Source: Bugula neritina
Taxonomy: Eukaryota; Animalia; Bryozoa
Assembly (NCBI GenBank): GCA_964035545.1
Contig: OZ037765.1
Coordinates: 23,125,504-23,189,503 of the forward strand
Direction: 5' to 3'
Length of the DNA stretch: 64,000 bases
Position numbers and translations under genes: made by a program. The notes beneath the pieces are model-generated. The model worked only from the letters and a program-made list of their open reading frames with translations. It searched no databases and was not told the DNA's origin. Shown in pieces: positions 44,342-56,400 of this stretch. Each line of letters opens with the position of its first letter. The stretch's first letter is position 1.

Positions 44342-47300
44342 AAGTTATAGGTATAAGTATAAATTCTGTTTGAAATCCTGTTAACTTCAATTCACACTGA
44401 TACTAGTACTTGAACTCATGGATATTCTGACCTTAGCGTTGAATCCACCATTTTCTTAGCCATTGTTTCATTTTAAGTATAGTAATATTGATGCTTATTG
44501 TATATAGCACAGAGCTAGTCCAAATTATAGTGGTAACATGTTTAAATTAATACTTATACTTACTAATTGCAACTGGGGGTGGTCATTCTTTTGCAGTGAA
44601 TCACTACTAAATTGCTGGTTTCTAGTAATATTTTTACATGCTTACTCCCAAAATTATACTTTATCATATATTCATACTGATACATAATCACTTGGGGCTG
44701 GGTACAAATATTTTTGGCTTTAGCATTCATCTATGCTGTACTGTAGCGCACACTATGCTCATGTATGTTTGAGGTATGTAACATAACATTTTGGGCATGA
44801 CAGCTCAGCCTGATGATAATTTAACATGCACTATTCACTTTATAGTGATTCTCTAATTTTGTCATAAAGCAATTATCTAACAAATATGAATGTTTAATAT
44901 GAATAAATGTTCAACAAACAGGAATATTTTAAAAGTTAAAGCTTTCAATGTAAACCGAATGTAATGAATAATTCAATTAATAAATTGCAATATCCAGATT
45001 ACTAAAATAACTATTTGCATTAACATACATGGTCTTTTTAATTGATTTAAAATATATAAGCTTGTAATGCTAGAAGTCAAATTTGAGTTTTGTAATAGAT
45101 AATTGATTATACTTCTCATTTTAGTTTTACTCTAAAATGTATTGTAAATTATGTAACTGGATGAATAATAGTAATCATAGATTTTAGTCATGTAGATAAA
45201 ACTTGATTTATTCTTATTTTTAACAATGAAGTTGAACTGATATGTTTCATTTTATTGAATAAAAGAATACAGTTTAATTATTTGAGAGTAGCTTATTGCA
45301 ACATTATGTTTACAGAATAGGAAATAGATTATCTAATAGCTATTTCCATCTGTTATAGATACCTCCCATGGCATTGAAGCTCAATAAATGAATGATTAAG
45401 TCAGTATAAATATTGTGATATTGCTTATAATGATAATTAAGTTAAGTTGCATTATTTATTGCATTATGCTTTCACTAATTCCAAGCTCCTTACAATGTTG
45501 TTTGCATAACTTTAAAGTACGATTTGACTTTACAATAACTATGATAGCTATTTCATAGAAATCATTGTTTTGGAGGAAAATCTAACTTCAAAACCATTAT
45601 TTTTCAACTAATAGCAGCACGCAAATGCACCTAATTCTTAACTTAGAGATTTTTCTGTCGTTCCTACAATGGACATAAAAAGTTGAAGATTTTTGTTTAA
45701 GTTAAATCTGTGATTGACTTTATCTTCTAAGCTGGCATTCTGGCAAGTGTCAAAATTAATTAATTTAATAGTTTTAATATAATTACAGGCCGGTTTCAGA
45801 TGGGTATTAGTGATCTAAACTCTCAAGTAGCTTTTTAGTCATCCATACCATCTGGAAAGGGGCTTTTATGTTCCAACTATTGCTTTTAACTTACTAGTAG
45901 TCATATACGCAATCAGCCACTTTTAGCTGGCCAGTTAGAAATCACAGTCTATTTTAGCCTACTCTTGCAAAAGTGGTATCATTTTAATAGCTTATTTATG
46001 GAGCCGTTAGTACAAACCCCTTTTTCAGTTCTCATGCAGTAGCCAAATTTTTGACTGTTCATAATTGGTCCATTTTTAAGTTCCAAGTTCAAAAATTGCT
46101 ACAAAAAGAAATATATATCATATGTATATTATATTGTATATGTAGGCCTATATAATGATATATGCATATAATTTATATATGCTGTATAGATATCTAATTA
46201 TATCTACTTTTATTTGCTAATCAACTTTGTGTCGGGATTGCATGAAATACTGAGAATTGTTCTCATGATACTTTATTGGCAGGTAGGAAGGAATAGAATA
46301 AATAAGCTAGTGTGCAGCCTGTCACTAATAATTGATTGCCAAGACGAGATAAAGCTCAACCTACCTGCAAGTTACATAACCTCAATACAACTTAGTCTAT
46401 CAGCAATCATGGTGAGCTTAGATCCGGTTTAGTGAGTTGTTTAATGAGTCTGTTGGAATTTTCTGTCTTAAAAACAGATTTATGAGTTGAGTTGAAGAAC
46501 CATGAAAATAGGATTTTTTGTTAATCATGATTAAAGAGTTATTTTGCCACGACTATAAGCCATGTTTGTATGTTAATGACCCTTTGTAGTTGAATGGTGG
46601 TCACTCAGGGTTATTGTTGTCAATTTTAAGACTTGTGGACTTGAAATGGCATAGGTAGTAGTGGTTTATATGCTGTAAAAATACTGCTTCAATGGAGCAA
46701 AATAAAACTGCACTAATAGGCAACATTTAACCTTACATAATATATCCAATATCACATATCTTATTCTATACCATAGAAGTTTTTTTCCTGTTGCACATAT
46801 TTCTAGACTGGATAGAGTTAGAGATGAATTTTAAGCTTTCTAATGCCATGAAAGCTGTTGGGTAGCATAAGATCTTTCAATAGGAATTGATGTGTTGTTT
46901 CACTACTTGATAATGTATTTATTATATAAATGTGTTATATGATTTAATATTTATGAGCTATACATTTTCTTATTAATCTATTTTTATGGTTAACTGTTCT
47001 TTATCTGTCTAGTTATAGTGTTTTTACTTGAAGTAAATGTATATATATAAGTATCACTTTTAACTCAGTCTATATTTAAGCCATCAGTCCAATATTGACT
47101 TTTCTTAATAACAAGTCTATTCAAATTAATGCAATCAATCCACACAACTGTCAGTTTACTGTCTTAATCATTCAAAGTTTGAGTTGATAACTACTGGCTT
47201 CCATTGCTCCAGCTTGGCCCATTGACTGATAAAAAACGATTGAAAATTTCATTTAATCTAATTTTTTTACCAAAGTGCCTTCCTTTAATTTAATATAACA

Positions 47301-48158
47301 AATTGAAACTTCTTACTACAAAGGTTGAACTTTTTCTTAAAGTGGCTGCTAATCTTGGAAAAATTGCTTAGAATTCACTATTATTCTAAAATTTCACATG
47401 TTTCATCTTTTTATAGCTGAATAAAATGTATGTAAAGCTCTCTTACTTCATCCAGTTCGTAGAATTTTCTATATTGTGTCAACTTTTCGTACTGAAAATC
47501 CTGAGCTGCAATTCTGCAACACAAGTTTATCTTAATTTTGTAGGGAGAATTCCTAAAGGATTTGCCATCTCACAATCGAGCTAACTTTCAGAATATTGAT
47601 GGCACTACTTCAAATGATAAATTTACTCAAGGCAGGCACACAGCTAATTCTGTAAGTGTGTTGTGAAATTAGTAAAGCCTTTATAGAGTCCAAGTAACTA
47701 TAGATTTTTTCTATTGAATATGAACTGAGTTTATAGTTTAGACTTTAGAGGATCAGTCCTTTACTCTCAACAGTTAATATTTCTAAATGACTGAGAAGCA
47801 TTAATTTCAATCAAAGAAAAAATTATAAACAAGTTTTTGCTTGAATAAATGAACCTAGCAACCGAGCTTGCTAGTACTTAGATGAATTACAGCATCACAC
47901 AGTTTTAACCCTTTAGTTGTAGTAAATCCTGTTTCAAGTTTCGTCATCATCAGCTGTTCTAGTATTGCCATATTTCAGTTTTATTGATCAAGTAATATGA
48001 GTTGTGGGTATAGCCAGGCTTATGGGATGTTCTTAATTAATAGAAACAGGATATACAGTGTTTTGCTGTATATTTCAGGTGAAAAGACCAGCTGTATTTA
48101 TCCAAACTAAAGAGTATCCTTCAGAACAGAGTGAGTCTCATCCATATTAACATTCTCC

Positions 48159-48190
48159 ATCATAGCCACTCTGTTAAGAGTGGCTATGAT
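48159..48190. repeat. perfect 14-bp inverted repeat with 4-nt spacer, probably a collapsed TIR-TIR transposon remnant
   Basis: ATCATAGCCACTCT-GTTA-AGAGTGGCTATGAT. Confidence 0.7.
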
Positions 48191-48985
48191 AAGTTAAATA
48201 AGTTAAAATGATAAGTTAAAAGATAAATTTTTTCTTTCAAGAATTTCGCTTTCAAGTTTTACTCCTGTCTTAGAAAAAAGTAGAAATCTGTTTTCTTTCT
48301 TCTCATTTTAATATATGCTTGTTGTAAAAATCCAGTTTTTGTTAAAGAAAAATCATCATATTGCTTGATAATGCAAAATATTTCTAGTTTAAACAAGTTG
48401 TGTGTATTATGAGCTGTATTCAAAACACCTATTTAGTCATGCAGTAAAGCATCTCTAGAACTTTTTAAAACTAGTTAACCTGTTACGTTCCTCAGTTGAT
48501 GTAATTTTAATTTAACTTTTTTAGTATTGATAACAACAGAAAAGACAAATATATTACTCAGATACTTACAGCAACATTTTGACAAAAAGGTAAGTTAGTT
48601 TGCACTCCTTTCTTTATTGTTGGAAAAGTTTGAAATTGAATGGGTAAATTTATATTAAATATGTCATGAAGATAGCAAAGTAAATTTTGTTTTAGCAAAA
48701 GGGAAATGACTATAATTATTAATAATAACGTGTTGGTGCTGCACTGTTGCCTAGCATGACCATAGTGGTAAATTGTTAGTTTTAGTGTTTTTATGTAGTG
48801 AATTGGTGAATCGATGTTCCATTTGCAAGTCTTGTGAATATGAGTGCATTGGTAGCAAGAAGTACATATGCACTTGACTGTATTTTAATTCTCTTTCGTA
48901 AAATGGTTATGTGGGTTGATTCGCCAGGCAGGCAACATTGTTTGTTGAGGCAATGTTTCATTAATAACCTGAAAACTTTACAGTA

Positions 48986-49323
48986 AGCCTAGGGCCACAC
49001 TGTGCGTATTTTCGCATGCGAAAATTGAAACCACAAGTAGCAAAGGTGTCCACTGTAGCGTCAGTGATGCGTGATAAATAAAGCTTTCATTTTTAAATCG
49101 CACTCGCTTTCAATAAAACGCAATTTACTGGAATGTAGCACTAAAATAAAGAAATTGGGCTCGCTGAATAACTACCAGCCAATTAGGTGACGACGACAGA
49201 GACGATTCGCACTTGCGTTGAGAATGCTGAGCGACAAGTGCGAATGTTTTCTCAACGCGTACAGTGGACACCTTTGCTACTTGTGATTTCAATTTCAAAA
49301 TACGCACAGTGTGGCCCTAGGCT
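48986..49323. mobile_element. MITE with about 65-70 bp terminal inverted repeats (PIF/Harbinger-like)
   Basis: Left end AGCCTAGGGCCACACTGTGCGTATTTT..AAATTGAAACCACAAGTAGCAAAGGTGTCCACTGTA; the right end is its reverse complement apart from one short indel and about one mismatch. TAA/TAT flanks around GCC..GGC; no coding capacity. Confidence 0.88.
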
Positions 49324-50428
49324 ATCTGTCATACTCCTATTCAGAGGTGCGTCAGCACAGCTTGTTTCTCATTTAAGCGAAATTTCAAATTTCCTTTGCC
49401 TTGAGCTAAAAGTACTGAAAAGGTAGTTAGATTCAGGCATGTCAGTTCTGGTTTTTTTGTGGTAAAAAGACTGGATATTACATTATTCTTTGCCATTAAA
49501 TCCTCATTGTACTTTCTGAGATTGTTAGTAATGATGCACACTGATGTGCCCTAGTTTAATATCTATTCACTGCTGCTGACGTAACTCTGTAGAATAATAA
49601 GAAGAGAGAAGCTGCTTCAGCCGACCTATTGACCAGCAGTGCTAGAAAACAAGCCAAAGTATCTAAGAATGCTTAAGTGTGATGTTTCTCATCCAGCCTG
49701 TACTTAGTCAACCCAGGCTTCTATCAGCTGAGACTTAGACTCTCCACTCAAGACATTTTTATTTATATCTTGTACATTATATTGTAGTAAAAAGTATTAA
49801 AATTACTCTAACATTTGCTGTGTTATATGATGAGTAAAATGTGGTGTCATGTTTCAAATGCAAAATATTTAGTAGCATTACAAGCCTATGTAACGTATTA
49901 TCAGTTTATTTACCTATAAAATCATAAATATATGTATAATAATTAGTTGGTTAATAACACATCTCATCACATAAATAACTTATGCCATACGATTTTAGCA
50001 TGGTGTACAATAGGCTCAAATATAAAATATTTCAGTATAGAAAAATAATGGCTTCACTAATCACACCAATAGAACTCAAACTTAGAAAATAAAATAAAAT
50101 AAAACTTCATTAGGAATGATTACATGTCTCAAATAAAAATGTAAATAGAAAAAAAACTACTGTCTAAAGGTAGTAAATATGTGTTCCTAAGTGTGGAAAG
50201 AATGCATTACAAAATAAAGTGATGCCTACAAGTTGTGAGATTAATGAAATGGTTCTACATGTTAGGCTGACTAGAATTTTAAAAAGTTAGATAAGCATAC
50301 TAATAAGTACAGCTAATAAATTAAAATTGAAGCATGGCGCCTGTCTTCAAGTAATTTGTATGGACAATATGTGCAAATAAAAAGTTTAATAATGTAGTTA
50401 GAAGTACTCTAAGATATCGTCAACATTC

Positions 50429-53400
50429 TCATCTTGGAGCTTCATGCCGAACTGCTGACTTAAGCTGTACAAATTGCTTTGCAACATCATCATTTTTCCT
50501 TTGTGATAGAATTCTCAGTATAGTCCAGCCAGTTTCGTTAAGCAGCACGTTTCGACCAAATGCAAACCAAGATGCTACTCCGCTCTACAACAAGATAATC
50601 TTCAATATAAAATTGTAGCCATAAATACAGTGCTCCCTCTGTATCTCATTAACCTCAATTCTAAACATAGCAGAATACCAGATTTAACTCCCTGATCCTT
50701 TAAATTCGGCCATGTTGTCCCTATACACACATACATAAGCCACAAAACAGGGTCCAAACCCTTCTCGTGACTCATGGAATTTTGTGAGAAATGAATCCGT
50801 GAGATATGGAGGGAGGACTGTAGTATAAGTCTTAAGATGGCAGCATAAAATGCAGCTGATCTATTTATTATTCTGCAACATGTACGACTATTTAGCATAG
50901 AGATAGTATACTAACGGAACGATCAACTTCTTTTAGCTGCAACACTGTGACACCAATGAGGCTGTCGGTTCTTGCAAAGCAGTAGTCCTTAACACAGATA
51001 TGTAACTCATAGGCATCGTACATCTCTTCATTACCAATCATACTAAAATAGAAACCATTTCAATACTGTGTCTTGATAATGTCAATGTTGAAAAGGAGAA
51101 AGGTAAATGCAACACATTATTTTAAAATTAAATTATATATGTAGGTTGCAGTGTGTGGAAGCAATTATTGAACTTTCTAGATTTTCCTAGCTTCCAGGGA
51201 AAGTCTTTTTAACAGATATTCTAAGTTATATTTTTATTTTCTTGGTGTCAAAGAAATTTTATTAACACTTGGTAAAACACCAGACGATTGTTGGGGAATG
51301 TCATGCTTATTCAGTTCTATATGTCTACAGTAAAGACTTAAGACTTAGAAAAGTATTTATGCCAATGCCATGTAAGCCATATGACATTATCACAGCAGAA
51401 GACATTGGCCAGGCAGGAGTTTTGTTGATTTACTAAGCTCAGGGAACAAATGTTGGTATGGAACTACAAGTTACATATATGCAAATGAAAATTAAAATCA
51501 ACTTACAATATTACAGTATCGTTATATCTTGGTTTGTCTGTGTTTTTAGTTTTGGTTGCATGTTTTCTTTTACGCGAGGACAAATGCGGGCCAAGCAAGT
51601 GCACTTCTACAAACGGCTGGAACATTCCTGTGGTTTGCCATTTAAGGTCATTACATGCTACAACTAAAAAAAGTAAAAAAAATTACAATAGATATATATC
51701 AGACAAAACATATTGAAGTATATTCATCCACACAATTTTTCTAACTACCTGTAATAAACTCAACAATTATTCAAATTCAATCTTGTTGGTAGTGATAGTT
51801 GAAACCTGATGAGAAACTGTTTAGTTGCACAGATTTCATAAGTTTTTGAGGACATTATACACTTTTTATGGGCATACAATTTAGAGCTTAATTACTGAAA
51901 ACAAATTCAATTCTGCTTTTGGAGTAAATTATGCATTATACATACTTGATGCAACTTGTGGTGAAAGAAAAAAAAGGTGGACTCACTTTTAACAGTTACT
52001 TTGTGTTCGCCATTATTTGGCTGAGTAAAGATGTCAACAGATAGAGAGACTTCACCAACAGGATCCCTTTCACTGGGTTTATCTACAGTAACAGAAGACT
52101 ATAATATCATGTATTACTGGTATTATTACATAACATCAAAGCAATGTTTGAATATATCAACACATATGGTAGTTTTGCGATATTTGTTAAACCTGGCAAA
52201 ATATAAACACATACTCTAAAGTCTAATGAATCTACTCATAGTTACTTATAGTTCACTCATTCACATACCACTAAGATTGACTTCTCCAATAACTAAACAT
52301 CAGCAGTCATGTATCAAAGGCCACAATGGCAACTTAAAAAGTTTGCCCAATAATCATGGAATAAATGGGGATTTAATTAGCTCAGCTATTTGAGAGAAAC
52401 TAGTGACTGGCACTCACTTTGTTGTGATTGAGTATTGATGAATGTTTTGATGAGAGTGTCAGTAGTCTGTGTGTATAGAGATAATGCATATCTGAGAGAC
52501 TGCAGTTCTGGACTCTTGTCTAAATAATTTCTCTTTAAACCTTGACCTTTAAAATATAATCTTGACAAGTTACCAAAAGCAGATTTTATAACAGCATAAT
52601 TAACAGTTCCTTAGATCTGAACAGCTCCTACAATCTTAAATTGGCAAAAATTCTTGAAAAAAAAACCTAAGTAAAAGCTACTCAGGCATTAGCGCTTCAC
52701 TGAAATTTATTATTGTCACAAAAACGGAAGAAACCAGACTTGAGTGAAATGTGACATAGCAGATGTGCATGGTTGGCTAATGGAGAAAAAGTTGGGCGTT
52801 TACCAGGTGTTCCAAATGCGTTGAAACAGTCTTTGAGTGTTCCAAGTGCCATATCAATGACAGCACACTGTTTAGGAGAAAGACTTTTCTCTGAGTCTCT
52901 AGACATGTCCTGTAAGAGAGCCAAATGAAGAGGTGGCAAGATTCTAAACTTTCAATAAAAAGCACTTATGGGTCTCCTAATCGTTCAAATTAATTTGCAA
53001 TTAAAATAATTCAACTGACACTTTGATGAATTAATATACCATAGAAACAAAAAGTACATTGCCTTCATCTGCAAAAACACTAACTAGCTTAAATTTATTT
53101 AACCTCTGACTTTTCAAGCGTCATCGAAGACTTACGACTTGTCCTTAGATAGTAAGAGTTTACACAGCTACGCTATCAGTTCAGACCAGCGCAATTAAAT
53201 TCTGATTACATTGTCTATTGTTGTTTGAGTTTCTATTAAACACACATCCTGCAGGTCAGAAGAATTTTACTATCAGTTTTGCCGTCAGTGAAAAACCTTC
53301 ACATCATTACTACATCCTTTGGCTGACCAACTTATTTTTTGCAAAAAAATTTCTTCTTAGAAATACTTTCAAGGCAGTGAGCCAAAATAAAATCTAGTTT

Positions 53401-56400
53401 TTGATCAGAAAACATCCTATCTGTCCAGTTTAGCAGAAGGATATCTTGAGTCCAGAAGACTCACATTAAAATAAGGCTTTTTGCATTAAATTTATGTCAA
53501 ACAGAAAGTTCATAAATCAAAATTTTTGTAGGGCCAAAAAAATCTTGAATTGCAAGTGCCTTAACACCGTTTCAGGATAAATAGCTCAACAGTAATATTG
53601 GATATAAGCATTTCAAACTGAGAATGATTCACTCAAATGCATGTTGCCCTTAAAACTTGACAATATTTCAAGAAACAAACAATAATTCACTAGACATACA
53701 ATACTTAGTTAATAAGCGCACTTAAAATTAAGATAGAACCAACTGTGTGTTTAATCATGATCATCACCTGTAAAGTTGCGACAGGAATTCTGTGTAAAAC
53801 TTGTTTAGATGCTTCCTCCAATTTAGCAGTAGCGTTGCTTTTAGCAGCCTGCATTCCAAAAAGCTGAAACAATCATTGGTCATGGAATGGACACACCCAC
53901 AGTGGCAAATCCATTAGCAGAGTGCATTTGCATTGTACAAAGAAACAAAATGGTGCAAAATACTAATGTAATATGTTTTCATATTGAATGTTTTAAACTG
54001 AACTAAACTTAATAGTTTTTATAAACAGCTAGAGTGAATTTAAAATAAAACTCTACAGTAAAGTAAAGAAATATTGTTGCCAAGGCAACAGTAGACATGG
54101 TAATGTGTCATAGAAATAAGATTGTTTTCTTGCCAATAGCTTCAATTAAGGAAATTGGATTTAAACCAAAATATCTTTCTTTAAACAAAATCCACCAGTA
54201 ACGTATAGGACCTAAAATGCAAGGTCAGTTTTTGACAGCTTAGTCTATTTCTATATGTATCAGTTTAGTTCCCACTTTTCAACAAATTCAATACTTGTAA
54301 ATATAAAAAATGAGGTTTTTAGTAACAAAAATAATTAAGAGAAATTTGAATTTTGTAGGTTAATTAGTTTTCAATAAGAAGTCATCAGTCCTAAAGTTTT
54401 AACATTTAAAAATACATAAAAAATGGTATAAAATTGAGCTAACAAAGTAACTGGTAATAAATTCAGGTGAAATATTTATCCGTAAAAATTCAATAGCATC
54501 TTAGCATTGTTACCATAAAAACAACCCAGTAATATACACAAGGAATGCACATGATATGCAGCAGAAATGTAGGTTTGCTTTAGATTTAAAGATGATAGTA
54601 CTCGCCTAGCAACATCTTACACTACACATATGTGTATATAGTCAACATTAACATTAACATTACCTAACATTATACATGGGAGTCCCTGCTGCTATTAAAA
54701 ATACACCCACCAACAGATGGAATATATAACATAGCATACAGATTTTGAAAACTTGTATGCAATATATACCATCCACTAATAACATCTTATTTCTAGCACA
54801 TTTTGACATCAATAATTAATAATATATTCCCCAGCTCTTAAAAGTAGCTACTTTCTGAAAGTTGGAAAGCGTAATCAAAACAGTATTTCAGCTGGACCTG
54901 TGACATTATTTTATCAAACCTCTACCAAATAATCAGCACTTTAAATTGAAATTTGCCTAAACTGCACCACATATGCACGCATGTTTTGGCAATATAAACA
55001 CGGATTAGAAAACTCGCATTACGCAGACGTAGCGGGCAGGTAAATAGAATACAAAGGCTAATACCTGTCTGGGATCCGAAGTGGGAGGTAAGACAACTCT
55101 CTTCTCCATGCATGTGATAGTCACCTTCCACATCTCCTTTAGTAAACGCTTCAGCACTGTCTTCTCACAAATATCCAGGAAGACCGTCAAACTACAAATC
55201 CATACGAAACATGGGTATAAGCTAAACACACTTCTTACAACACGGGCAAACACATACAGTTACCTGTTTCAAAGTTCCGTTCAGGCAGAAACTTTAGACC
55301 TTGAATAGTATCAGCCAAGAAATCAATATGTAAGTGAATGTAGATAAATCAGTTACATGTAGATTTCATAAATTTGGAATATCTTGTGTATTGCCAGAAT
55401 GCTTAAAATGGTTTTGCTCTGAGTTAGCAGTTAATGACTTCATATTGAAAAAGTTGTCAAATAGATATTATCAGGTTTCAAAATTTAGATAGTTGTTAGA
55501 TAATTGGGTTTTACCAATACATACTATATAGATTATAAATATTAGGTAACAACATAATATACATTCTACATACATCAACTTATTTCAACAGCATTTTCAA
55601 ATAATATAAATGATAGAAAGGGTTTTTCAAATCGGGCTAAGGACTTATTCATATGTGGCACAGGAGCAATTATGACTAAATGCTCCTCCTAACATCACCA
55701 ATGGCCTTTACTGGGGTTCGAACCCATGACTTCGTCTTTACTAAGCCAAAGCTTTAACCCCTAGACCACAGCATTCATACCTTAAAGGCAAGTGCAAATT
55801 TAGCATGCGAATAGATTTAGCATTACACTAGCCACTAGTATCATGACAAACCAACCTGTGATTTAGCTCAGTCATAAGAGACGTGATGACAGAGTCTGAA
55901 AGCTCCTGGATGTCCTCCCTTTGATTGGTATTAGCCAATGAGACCTGGCCAGGCCCTTTGACCTGTAGGTACAGCTGTTTAGTGAGGTCATCAGTTGCTG
56001 CTCGAATACCCTGTGCCAAGCTACAAACACACAACGTATAGCAAAACTTCGTTAGTCACAGACGAGAGAAAGGAAATGCAATTTCTAAAAACAAAAAAAA
56101 TGATGAAAAGATAAATTTACAAAAGAGCAGTTTGCCAAAGATGCTAGAGTTTAGTTTTAAAACTCGCTGGTATTTAAGAAAATAAATTCAAACATGTGAA
56201 AGAATTACAAAGTATCAAATAAATAAAATTCGATAAGATTTGGTGAAAAAAAAACATTTACAAGGTATGTGAAGGCATCAGAGCTAAGAGAGATGAAAAG
56301 ACAATGAATTGTAGTAGGGGTAATACGTGTTGTATTATGGCTACAATAAGCTAGTCGAGTGTTATAATATTTTAGTATGACTTCTGTTATCTACACTTCC

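Noticed and set aside
49125-49426. ORFs overlapping the MITE
   Set aside because: No transposase similarity; they arise from locally higher GC.
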